A DNA stretch of 61,539 nucleotides from Craspedostauros australis (taxonomy: Eukaryota), in assembly GCA_030167865.1 (NCBI GenBank), contig JALAGF010006497.1, positions 1 through 61,539 on the forward strand, written 5' to 3'. Made by a program: the position numbers and the translations under genes. Shown here piece by piece: positions 11,901-23,907 of the stretch. The notes beneath the pieces were generated by a model. That model made no database searches. It was given only the letters and a program-made list of their open reading frames with translations, and was not told the DNA's origin. Numbering within the stretch: position 1 is the first letter of the stretch; the number at the start of each line of letters is the position of its first letter.

Positions 11901-14900
11901 CAGAGTACCAGCTCCGGTTGGGTGCCATGCCAAAGCGCGGTGCTGTCTGGGTGGACGTCGACATGACTTCATCCATCCACGAGGACTTTCACGTTTCCAT
12001 CACTCCCAAGCGCCTCGCGTTGTACGACAATGAAACCGTTGCAACTGTTTCCGTCCGCATCTCGGATATCAAGGACGATGCCGACGGCAAGACCATTCTG
12101 GTGGCCAACTCCATCTCATCCTGCGATGTCGCTTTCCTTGAAAGAGATGCCCAATCGTTGGACGGCATCGTCTACGTCAAGGTGGAGCACCCTGTATCGA
12201 CGCCGGTCCAAATCATCGAGAGGATCTCCGGAGGCGACAACGAAAGCCGCACGCTCCTATTGGCAATCCTCATCCCGCTCGTGTGCTTGCTGGTTGTCGT
12301 TGGCGTGTACCTCTACGTCGAGCACAAGAAACGAATGGCCGATACCGTCTGGCAAATCCAATCCACAGAGCTTACTTTCGGCGACCCACCAGAAATGATC
12401 GGCCAGGGCACCTTCGGGCTGGTGTTGCTGGCGGACTATCGTGGAACTCAGGTTGCCGTGAAGAGAGTGATCCCGCCTTCCACCAGCAGCTCAAGTCAAT
12501 CCTCTTCGATGGGAGTATTTCGGCGCCGTCGCAACGGCTCTGCGCTCCGGAAAAGCCTGTTCAGTTCTCCCATTTCGCCTCGCCAGAACATGTCCTCGTC
12601 CAATTTGCCGCCGCAGGCAGAATGGAGCGACAGCCAGGAGAGCAACGGCAGTCGCGGCGACACAGATGATACCCAACACACACCGGTTCCCAACGGTGAA
12701 GCGATGGACTTGGAGAGCGGCCTACGAAGCGCGGAGCGATGGGACGAAACTGGGGACTCAGCCGTTCGGCGAGATCGTTCAATGGATGGAGGCACTGCGA
12801 GTACAACTGGCGTCTCCAAAGGAAGAATGTCATCCGTCTTCATGACGAAGAAGACTGACAGCAGGAAGCTGCAAAATGACTTCATCTCGGAAATGCGCCA
12901 TCTGTCCAAGCTGCGTCATCCCAACATCACAACCATCATGGGTAAGTTCCGAACACGAGCCATCAGACGTGCCTCCTGCTCTATGTACGAGTATGTCGAG
13001 CATGTCGATCATTTCTCTTCCAGATTTCTCGCCCGTCTCGTGCGGATGTCTCCCCCATGATATACTCGATCCTTTCCAGTTCTGTTGCATTGCATTGCAC
13101 AATGCAACCTGCTCGACAGGATTTCTTGGCACGAATCAATCAGTCCACCTCCAACCATGCGTGTGTACTCATGCATTGATCTCGCCTCTCTTGTTTTTTG
13201 TTCTGGGCCGGTCAATCTCATTCGGAATTTCAACGCCGACGATCATCTGATGTGAATTGGGCTGCCCGTTCTACTCGACTCGACTCGACTCCACTCTGTT
13301 CTCCTCTGCTGAATTCAGGTGCCGTGTTGGATCACAAGGACCCGTTGTTGGTCATGGAGTACATGGATCATGGCTCCTTGTATGATGTCTTGCAGAATGA
13401 GACCATCAGACTCGAGGGTGAGCACATCCTGCCCATCCTTCGCGACATCTCCATCGGCATCAGATTTCTGCACGCCGCGATGCCGCAGGTGATCCACGGC
13501 GATCTCAAGTCCCACAACATCCTCATCGACAATCGCTTCCGAGCAAAGGTTGCCGATTTTGGATTCTCTCAGAAGAGGAGCATCGACGTGAGAGGCACGC
13601 CGTACTGGATGGCACCCGAGCTACTACGCAAGGAGACTTCGAACAACACAGCCACAGATGTGTACTCCTTTGGTATCATCCTGTATGAAATCTATTCCAG
13701 AGCCGATCCGTACGAAGACGAGGACTACGACGAAGTGATCAAACTCATCATGGACCCATCGGTTTGCAAACGACCGGGCGTTCCAAGCGAAACCCCCAAG
13801 CGCATCCGTGCGCTGATGGGAAGATGCCTGCGGGAGAATCCAAGCGAGCGTCCTACATTCGAAGAACTCAATCAAGACTTCAAGAAGTGCGATGCGACGG
13901 AAGTTGATCCGCAGCTCAAGCGAACATCGATGCGTTCTCGGAAGGCTGCATCGCCGCAGCATGACACGGACAAGCTGCTCTACGGCGTTTTCCCTCCTCA
14001 TATTGCAGAAGCGCTGAAGGCGGGACGCAAGGTCGAGCCTGAATCGCATGACCTGGTGACCATATTCTTCAGCGACATCGTTGGTTTCACCACGCTTGCA
14101 GCGACCATGACGCCGCTTGAGATCTCGGACCTCCTTGACCGCCTGTACCACGCCTTCGATGATCTGTCCGAAAAGTACGACGTATTCAAGGTCGAAACCA
14201 TCGGCGATGCGTACATGGCATGCAGTAACCTTGTGAACGAGCAGGAGGATCACACGAAGAGGATTGCGCAGTTTGCCATCGATGCTGTGAAGGTGGCCAA
14301 CCGAACTCCCATCTCCATCGAAGATCCATCGCGTGGTACGGTCTCCATCCGAGTAGGCTTTCATTCGGGGCCGGTGGTTGCCAACATCGTGGGGTCGCGA
14401 AACCCTCGATACTGTCTCTTTGGCGACACTGTCAATACAGCCTCGCGGATGGAAAGCCATTCCATGAAGAACCGCATTCATTGCTCCGACCGCTCCTTGA
14501 AGCTGCTCCAAGCGCAAGATCCAGACAAAGACATCCCCTCGGTGTCTCGGGGAAATATTGAAATCAAGGGCAAGGTAAGGATCCTCGACACAAGGTTTAC
14601 GGTACATCAACAACAGAGGGCAGAGACTGTTGCACATGAATGTACCATATGTACTCTCCATGATAAACTTCACGTCGACCGTGGCCGTGAAGGGTCGGTC
14701 GCGTCTTCCTTCCATTCCATTCCATCATATCCCAATCCAATGCATTCATCTCACCGCAACCTGTCTTCTTGCCATCACACTGCCGACTGCATACTGCCGA
14801 CTGCCTGCTGCTCGCTGCCACATTCCGGAACGGTAACTGTCACCCTTTCGCCGTGGTCGTTGCATCTCTCATTTTGATGTGCGCTCCTGTACTTGTATTC

Positions 14901-15097
14901 CATGCTCCACCTGCTATGCCCATGCCCACACGCGTCTACCAATACACGCTCATCTATTTCATTACTTGGCCTTGACGTTGCAACACGTGCAGGGCAAGAT
15001 GAAGACGCACTGGGTTGGCGAGGACAAGCCTCTGCATGGTTCATCGTCGCATGGAAGACGCACGAGCAAGAAGCTCTCCGTCCATGGCAATGTGTAG
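8918..15097 (+). CDS. Receptor-type protein kinase-guanylate cyclase (3 exons)
   Basis: Exons 8918-12941, 13319-14574, 14993-15097 with GT-AG introns; joins read ITTIMG|AVLD and IKGK|GKMKTHWV. Signal peptide, large Cys-containing ectodomain, TM (LLLAILIPLVCLLVVVGVYLYV), kinase (GQGTFG, VAVK, HGDLKSHN, DFG, GTPYWMAPE) and class III cyclase (FSDIVGFT, KVETIGDAYM, PRYCLFGDTVNTASRMES; E and C indicate GTP specificity). Confidence 0.93.
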
Positions 15098-15476
15098 AGA
15101 GGAGGATAGTTGAGCAGGCAGCTTACGTACGAGTGCCAATGCTCTACTATTTGGAAGCATGCTCAGCGCAACATGGGCGATGATACACTGTACATACATA
15201 TACAATACATAAAGTGCTCTAGAGAGTAAAGTATGGCACTCTGCTTTCATGCATGCACACGACATCTCTGCCCGACTCGTATTCCATGCAACATCTAATC
15301 TTCGGCTTGAATGATGCCAATGCCATGACTCGCTGAGTACTCCACTCCACTCCACTCCAACTCGCATTACAGTTTGGCTCAATCCCTGTCCCAGACGCAC
15401 GCCATCATGCCAACCGAACATCGCTGAAAACGGGCTGATTCCCCAACTACTCCCCTGCCAAGCAACGTGCAACAAC

Positions 15477-17375
15477 TCATGAGGGGTCGGCCCCCGAGCT
15501 TCCGGGCAACGGGAAGTACTTGTTGATGTGATCTTCGGAGACACCGAGCTTTTCCAACTCCGCACGGCTTTTGAGGAGCTCGAAGACCGTCTTCTGCTTC
15601 TCCTGGATTGCCTTTTGCTTGGCGATCTCCTCTTCGGCTTCGAGCAGCGCGGCCGATTTGGGGACCTGGGCGCTTGGTGGTGGCGACATGGACATCTGGC
15701 TGCTCTTGCGCTTGTTGGGTCTGGGCATGCTGGGGCTGTCCACCTCCATCATGGGGGGCGCGTCAATGTGAGGTTCAGCGACCGGAGGTGGCGAGGCGCC
15801 GCCGCCGGACAAAGCGAAGGACGCCGTGGCGAGGGCCGCAGCGTCGGCGGTGGACATCCCGGTGCTGGCCTTGGTGGAGTTGACGATGGATGATTTGCGA
15901 GGTCTGCCTCCGGGATGGCGTTCCTTGTCGGGGTTGTCGAGGATGAGGCGCCTCCTCTTGTCCTTGGCGCAGGTGAGCCAGGAGAGCTGGGCGACCTCAC
16001 GCTTGCGGCCTTTTGGCGTTTCGTTGGGCGGCAGCTCCTTCTGGACGCGCGGCGTTTCGTAGAGATCCTTGATCTCGATCGCCGAGGGTGTGCTCTCGGC
16101 GGTGAGGCCTGCTGCCGAGTCGAATGCGCGGCAGATGAGGCGCACGTTCTTGATGTCCTGGTTGGTGGTGTTGGTGCTGTACTTGGAGTGTCCCTTGAGG
16201 TCGGCGGAGCCCAGCGTCTTCCAGGGCGGGATGACGATGTCGTTGAACTTTCCCGTGAGCGGGTCGGGGAACTTGGACACCTCGCCGAGATGCCAGCGCT
16301 GCCAGGCCTCCAACGGCGAGACCGTGGTGTCCAAACGGTAGTCGTTGGGCACGCGGCGGTAGGAGCCGTCGTTCCAGGAGTGCTTGGTGATGCCGATCGC
16401 GGCGGTGGCGGCAGCGGCGTTCGCCAGCCCGGCATCGCCAGGAGAGATGTGGGGGATCCTGGCGGCGAGGTTGTGCGTGTTGGTGACGACGATGGGCTTG
16501 ACCGGCGGAGGGCTGAGCGAGGCCATGGTCATGGCAGACATGGCCGATGCGGGCGTCGCCAGAGCGGGTCCGGGCGCGTGCATGGCCGAGAGCGGTGTGG
16601 AAGCGCCGACGCTGTGCAAGGGCACGTCCCCCGCTGTGGCTGAAGCGTTGGCAGCAGCCAGAGCGGTTGCCACAGCCACGGCCGTCTCCGATGGCATGGG
16701 TGCCGCAGCAGCGTGCGGAACGTGGGCGTGAGAGGCATCGGGAACGAGGCCAGCGATGCTCTTGGCCGCGGCAGCAGCCGTCGCTGTGGCCACTTCGGCG
16801 CCGTTGCTGACCCCCGCTGCAGCGGCTTCTCCTCCTGGACCTCCCTCCACTCTCACGGAGCCGACCATCTCGAGCTGGACGGCCTGCGCGGTGGCTGCCA
16901 TGGCCGCTTCGTGCGTTGCGGTCGCCATCATCACGTTGCTGTGCTGATGGGGCTGCTGATGGGGCTGCACATGGTGCTGCTGTGCTTGCACTGCCGTTGC
17001 CGTAGCTGGTGCCATTGCAGTGGGGGACTGCTGGGGTGGAGCAGTCTGGTGAATGACAACGGCGTCGTGCTTGGCCACCAAGGTTGGCTCCGGTGCTGCG
17101 TCTGCGGTCGCCACTGTTGCCGTCGCCGGGGCTGGTACTGGTACCGCTGTGGCAGGAACGGGTGTTGCTTGGACGGCAGTTGCAGCCACAGCAGGTGAAG
17201 GCACGGCTGTGGCGGCCACAGCTGTAGCGGGCACGGCCGTCGCGATCACATTGGCCACTGCAAGACCCACTGACGGTGCTGCGACGGCGGCCTGCGGTGC
17301 TGGTTGGTCTTGCAACTCACTGCTTGCTTCCGCTTCTTGTGCCTGCGTTGGTGGAGGATCCTGAGGTGAAGACAT
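15477..17375 (-). CDS. Ala/Pro/Gln-rich protein with a C-terminal Crypton/GCR1_C-like putative DNA-binding domain and AT-hook-like motif
   Basis: 632 aa ORF with strong GC3 bias; globular segment HSWNDGSYRRVPNDYRLDTTVSPLEAWQRWHLG...IPPWKTLGSADL; PGGRPRK; terminal coiled coil. Confidence 0.8.
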   Translation of the reverse strand: MSSPQDPPPTQAQEAEASSELQDQPAPQAAVAAPSVGLAVANVIATAVPATAVAATAVPSPAVAATAVQATPVPATAVPVPAPATATVATADAAPEPTLVAKHDAVVIHQTAPPQQSPTAMAPATATAVQAQQHHVQPHQQPHQHSNVMMATATHEAAMAATAQAVQLEMVGSVRVEGGPGGEAAAAGVSNGAEVATATAAAAAKSIAGLVPDASHAHVPHAAAAPMPSETAVAVATALAAANASATAGDVPLHSVGASTPLSAMHAPGPALATPASAMSAMTMASLSPPPVKPIVVTNTHNLAARIPHISPGDAGLANAAAATAAIGITKHSWNDGSYRRVPNDYRLDTTVSPLEAWQRWHLGEVSKFPDPLTGKFNDIVIPPWKTLGSADLKGHSKYSTNTTNQDIKNVRLICRAFDSAAGLTAESTPSAIEIKDLYETPRVQKELPPNETPKGRKREVAQLSWLTCAKDKRRRLILDNPDKERHPGGRPRKSSIVNSTKASTGMSTADAAALATASFALSGGGASPPPVAEPHIDAPPMMEVDSPSMPRPNKRKSSQMSMSPPPSAQVPKSAALLEAEEEIAKQKAIQEKQKTVFELLKSRAELEKLGVSEDHINKYFPLPGSSGADPS

Positions 17376-19620
17376 GGCGACGCAGCTTTCCTCACCTCCT
17401 GTTGTTGCGGCTGTTGGTGTGTTGTTCTTGTTTCTTGCTCTCTTGGTTTGGTTGATCGTTGTTGCGTTTCATGCGCAACTGGTGGTACTCCTTGGTATTG
17501 GTCTGCTGAGGATGGTACTGCACTAATACGATGACGATGGGATTGATCTCTGTGTGCGTTGCGGGTTTGTGTTTCATCGAAGGTGGTATCCGTACCACGC
17601 AGCCCAGAGTACTACGGGTACGGGCAAGATTACTGCGCGAGGAGTATCCTCGGCTCGTTCACCACCGCGCTGCACCGCGTTCCATCGTGTTCCGCTGTAC
17701 GTTACCGTGCTCTCCCGTGTTCTTGCGTGTTTCTGCATGTTGTTGCATTTTCGCGCCGTTCTTCCCTGGTCGACCGCCGCTGTTCGTTGTTTGGCCACAA
17801 AGGATTTCCCGCGCGCGGTCGGCCTCTCTTTCCTGACGACTGTTGTTCGGTCTTCGGCGCCCACGGCGCACCGCGATGCTGTCAACGTTACCGCTTCGCC
17901 TCCAACCATCTGTCTTGACCGTTTCAGACACGATACTGCCGTTGTGGTCGCGTCACGAAGGCGACGTTGACACTGTTCGAATGAGTCAAGATCGAGGATC
18001 ATGTTGATCGAATCGAGGTTTCTCTTTCTTTTTGTGTTCATTCAGCTGCTGTCAGGTACAACGATGTGCGCGATCTCACGGTGTGTGCGAACTGCGCGTC
18101 TGCAGGCAATACTTAGCCTCTTCCGTCGGTTGAAAAAAGAGTTTGGTCACGAACAGCTCTGTCAATAAACCGATGGTCCGAATTCGCACAGCCCGCCTTT
18201 CACTTCAAAGACCACCCTGCTTAAGGGAATGAGTGTCATTCTTATGTGCATGCATGCGTGTCTGATTCCGAATTACAGCCGGCATGGGTCATTTCTTTCA
18301 CGCTTTCAAACAACAGCACAACAAATGGGCACACAACTGCCTCTGCACACAACGCCCAAGGCGTAGCAGGTCATCACACCTTCCTAAATAGCCACCACGA
18401 ACAATGGTGGATCAGGGACATCCAAAGACGAGCATCTGACGCATGTTCGGGGATGAATAGAGAGCTGGGGTGTTGCTTTCTTTGTCCTTCATTCCACATA
18501 CCACAGCCTCGACAAGGGCAAAGAACAAGGCACTTTCATACGACGCAGGTACATGCCTTAGAGTACATAACATACGCACACCTCTCTGTCTGCTCCCAAC
18601 GGCAAACAGCCAATGACTGGAAATAGGAACACTCCATGTGGATGGCGCAGCAGGCGGCAATCACACACCCACGCTGACGCCGACGCTTCTCCCGATACCG
18701 CCATCGCCATTGGTTCAAGATACGGCAGAGTTGAGGCAGATCGGGATAGAGCAGGTGCATCCAACGCCCCCGTGCCCTTTCTGCTCGGATCGACCATCGC
18801 CCATTGGCCATCTCCCATTGGCCATCTTCCCGAAACCACGAAACCCTACGTGCACCGCAAAACGATCTTGGCTTTCTATCTCTCGATCAGTCCAACCGGG
18901 AGTTTGCTCGAGTGTGGCCTGTTGCGCTGAAGTCGCACGCATCTTGTGTTGCAAAAAAACGATTCAGCCCCCTCCTTTTTTGTGAATCGTTTTTTGCCCA
19001 CCGTTGCACTCTGCTTCACTTCACTCCATTTGCTCAATTTTGCTTCACTCCGAGAATACGATGAGAGTGCACCTCCTTTCGTTGTACGGTCACTCCAATC
19101 AATCACACACCTGTGACCCAGACATCATTGCGAAAAAGGCACACTCTATTCGTGCTCTTACTCCAAAACGAGATGGATGGTCCACCCAGATTCCACACAA
19201 GAGCTCACACCAGACAGATTAGAGTACAATCATCCATGCATACATACCCGTAGAGTATCAAACATACCCGCGCGAAGAACAGAACAGAGCGCACAAATCT
19301 TATCCTCTTAACATACCATTCGCGCGTGGCCTCCATCGCAGAAAGCCTACCATACTTGCGAAGCACGTGGCAGCTTCAGAACTGTTGTTGTGGCCGTTTG
19401 TTGCGCATCCATTGTCACAAACAACAACAAGGGTTCGTTACCCACATGGCCAAGGCATGGTCACATCAAGACCATTCTGTTCCAGACCATCCACAACAAC
19501 CGAAGCCACAGCAATTGAAGCCCATCCAACGACGACAACAACAACAACAACGGCAATCGCCATACCAACAAGAACAATAGCGCCGACAACACCAACTACA
19601 GCGCCGCTGACGACGATACA

Positions 19621-22600
19621 ATGGAAAGCGAGGCGCTTGACCAACCAGCCGATGGGACGGCCGATGCCATCGTCGCAGCAACAACAGCAACGACAGCGAC
19701 AACGACAGCGACAACGACAACAGCCACTGGTCCTGTTGCTATTGCTGTTGCCGTTCCTGTCCCTGTGACTGTTGCGGGCACCGGTGGAATCCATGGTACG
19801 GTTCGTACCAATGCGTGCGATACAACCATCCGACGGACTGCGTCGTCGCAATCAAACCCTTCGACGCGGATATCTGCTGCGAATGTCGCGACCACGACCC
19901 ACCCACATCACAGGTATTCAGGCAATATTTCTGAATTGGCTGGCGACGTCACGGGCATCCGAAACGCCGAAATTGCGGCAGCAAAAAAGCGCTCGGCCGA
20001 CAGAACAGAGACATCGCTCAACATCGACGAGGATCGACGGAGGACCTCTGACGATACGCAAGACGATCTGGCGTCCGTCATAGCCAGAATCACGGCTCAA
20101 TCACGGTCCTCTACGGATTCTCCTGTCCATCCCTTCTTCGAGCAGCCCCAACTGAGCGAGATGGCACAGCCCAATCGAATTGGAACAAGGCGCCAAGCAG
20201 TGACGCAAGAAGACCCTGTTTCAGTAGTCGCGCGTCTTTCAGCTCAGTCGCAGTTGTCCTCGATTCCAACCACTCGCCAGTTGGTACCGCTGGAGGCACC
20301 AAATAAAGATCATGGGACAGGTTCGCTTCTAAGCCTAAACTCCAATTACGCAACGCAACATCCACCGGCCACGACCAACGCCACGACCAATGCTAGCGCC
20401 ACCGCCACCGCCACTGCAACTGGTCATCGCAAGCGGCGTGCCACGAAGGAAGCTGCACGGCCCGTCAAAATCGCAAACCAGAAGAGCCCTGAAGGGACGG
20501 CAACATCAAGAGATGATGAATGGGACGACGACGCGCCCGTCAAAGGATACTACCGATACAAGGACTTTGGGAGTATACCGGAAAACTATGCATTATTCGA
20601 TGAAGCTGCTGGGAGGCGCACGAGCACGTGGACGGGACGCTACACGAAGCTACGAAAAGATAGAACATGGACCAAGCCGGATCCTGCGGAAAGTGATCTT
20701 TCCATCCGCAACCTGCGATTCCCATCCAAGCTGTACATGATTCTGGGTCAATCGCGGTTCAGCCATATAATCAAGTGGTTGCCACACGGGCGATCATGGA
20801 GGATTGCCGATACACGTATGTTCGAAACCATCGTCATGCCAGCTTTCTTCGAATACAACAACTACCATTCCTTCAACAGGATCACCAACGCGTGGAGCTT
20901 CCGTCGGCTGAACTGCGGATACGATCGGGGTTCCTACTATCACGAGGTACGTTGAGAGCAGACAAGGTGTCCAGCCGATGTTCGTGCTCCTCGCGCATAT
21001 GCTTTCCACGCCTCCTTCGCTAACATTGGCGTACGGGGCGGTACGGTATGATATTGTGTGGTACGGGAGGCGATGCTATGCGATGTTATGATGTGGTCTG
21101 CTGCTACGTGTGTTGGCGCACTGTCTTGTCTCCATCTGAATTTAAACTTGGATGCATACGTGCATGCACGGTTGGTCTCATTGGAGGTGTATGCGTGCTT
21201 GTTGTCATCCGGAATGGTAGAAAACAAAGCAAGAGAATGAAAGAGACAAAGAGACAGTTGGGGAGAGTACGAGTCTTCGCACATTGCTGCTCCTTGTGAC
21301 AACGTGCAGCTTTTGTCCACATCATCATGACGCATTGAATTCTTCAGGAGAAACCTACAACGGCCGCAACTTGTGCACTTCACGCGTTATGGTCAAGCAA
21401 TCAGATCCTGATTTCCATGTCTCGACGCTGGTCCATCGTCTCAACCAGTTGCCTTCTATTGATATCATTTGGTGTGCTCACCTGGTACTCCGCTCTATTC
21501 TACTCCATTCGATTCGTAGCTGTTCCTTCGTGGGAGGCCGCATCTTCAAAAGTACATGCGTCGCCTGCCCAAGGACCACAAGAAGCTCCCCATGCGCCAA
21601 CAAGATGAACCAGATTTCCACGCTCTTGACGCCGAAAGCCCACTGCCATCACTTGGGTATGTGCCGATGCCAGAATCTATACGCCATGAGGTAAATGAGC
21701 GAATGGCCGAGTACTCCCGCTCACTGTCAGAATTATCATCGTCGCCACCATCTCAGTCGGTGCTCTTACCGCCACCACCACAACCACTGCCGCAATCACT
21801 GCCGCCACAAACTGGCCATGGAATGTCGATGGTGCCAATGAAGCACGGGCTGCCGTATGCTGCACCACCGCCACCGCTGATGCATGCAGGAGGACCAGTT
21901 CATCCTCATGGCTTCATGGTGTTTCCGCCACCTCCAATGTTTCCACCGCAGCCTCCGAGGCCACTGACGCTTCCTGGATCCCCTTCGGTTGGTCAGCAGA
22001 TTGCACCACCAGTACCTCTGCCTTATCACCCTTTCCCTCACGGCTATGCCCCAGTCCACCCACTGTATCATGGCGCTGGCATTGCCGTTGGCGCAGGAGC
22101 TGTTCCTCCTGTTCATTTCAACGATCCAAGCGCAGCGCTGTATCGTGCGACCTTTTCGCCGCTCCCGGTCTTGCCGTCTCCTCACCCACACCAACCCGTG
22201 ATCCTTGGTCCTGGCAATGCCCCAACAACCACAGGTGCACCGACAAACGATGACGTTCCCGATGGAGGCACAGATCCAACTTCGCCGATTCTACGACAAG
22301 CAGGTCACGCATCGAGAAACACAGCGAGGAACACATCGGGAAACACATCCGTGGACGTGCGTGTATCAGAGCACTTGCCGATCACTCCAACTGTGACCAA
22401 GCCTGCCGACGTAAATGCAACCGAGGTGCCTGCACATGCGAGGCATGAGCGGTTGACATCTCCGTCCACGACTTCGCGAGCTCCACCGATAGCTGTTTTC
22501 GCGATGCCACCCGGTGATGCTGATCTGGCTCCCTACCGACGCATGGCCGATTCGCTTCGGGCATCATTGTTCTCCACCATGCCGCTACCGTACCCCATGA

Positions 22601-22848
22601 ACCGGACTGTGCCAGGGCGTGGATACTTGCCTCGTCTCCCACCTCCGGTGTTTACCGAAGAAGAGCCATTGCAGGAACGAGCGCGCACACCAGCGCAGGG
22701 AGATATTCCGGAATTGCTGCCGCCTCCACCGTTGCTGCCGCCGTTGCCATCAATGGGAGAGCTTCTTGAAGAGCCATCATCAGACGAGCAATCGCAATTG
22801 CAACCAGATGAGACATCTACGGAAGCAACCGACATGCATCAAGTGTGA
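19621..22848 (+). CDS. Heat shock factor (HSF-type DNA-binding domain) transcription factor (2 exons)
   Basis: Exons 19621-20946 and 21520-22848. Splicing gives FPSKLYMIL...IIKWLPHGRSWRI...YHSFNRITNAWSFRR...GSYYHE|LFLRGRPHLQKYMRR, a typical diatom HSF DBD; Pro-rich C-terminus. Confidence 0.92.
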
Positions 22849-23907
22849 TGGACGTGGGCATCCGGTACCTTCTGGCCGTGCTACACGAGGCCGGGGCGAA
22901 CGCTGTCCATTATTTTTAAATCGACAGTGCCGCGATGCCCGCACGTGAAACATGTGGCAATCAAGGTACCCACATCTGCGATCAAGAAGAAATAGAATTT
23001 CTATATCGACACCGCACAATGGCACCGCAGCATCGGCATGGGGATCGTCGTGCTGAGTGCATTGCCAGTGCGGTGTGCAGTTCGCATGGTGCCACACGTA
23101 CTCGTACTCGCACAATGCATACTCGCACATGTCATACTCGCAAGGCACGATTGTGTCGGACGAAACAGCGCACGCGAAAAAGACAGAATTGCTGGCGAAA
23201 ACCAAAACTTGGGATTTATGGTGTCGCATGTCGGGGGGTTGGTTCGGCCACGGAGGCCAAAGCCAACGGGACTGCGCCATCAGAGAGGGGCACCAATACT
23301 CGCAGACGACCAACAAGCAGACCCGGAGAGCAACCAGCCAAACTCGGCTGATGGCAGGGTAAGGAGACGAGGGTAGAGGAGGAAGGCCCCACAATCGCTT
23401 TTTCAATTCACAATTTGTGTTCGCTCAATGGGGGTGTGAGGACTCGCGGAAACTTCGTGGCGAGATGTCGCAGAAGAAAACGAAATGAATCGTGAGACGG
23501 CGTTATTCTCGGAATCGGACGAGATCAATGGCCACTCTCTGGCATACTCTGTCAAACAGTGGATCTGGAGTTCTGTCGTTCCGTCTTCAGAGAAGATCGG
23601 TCAGGGCTTACCTTGTTGATGGCTGCGCATGCGTGGACACGGGATTGTACTCGCACATCACTCTCACGAAGAAGCACACAACCGCACCAAAACGAAAAAA
23701 CATCCATTGTTCAAGTTCACAAGGCGAGGCGACACGGCAAGAACTTGCAACGACCATACTCGTATCTATCACTATTAGAAATCAATCGTTTGACACTGCT
23801 CGTACACACATACTACCACGCTGCGCCACGCGTTCTTTCGAAGGCAATGTCGCACAGGTGTGCCGCACGCAGACTTCTGGTAGAGAAGTTCGACCTTCTC
23901 TATTCTC

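Noticed and set aside
14575..14877. C-terminal extension of the 559 aa ORF
   Set aside because: Intron read-through; splicing restores the conserved KGKGxMxTxW cyclase motif.
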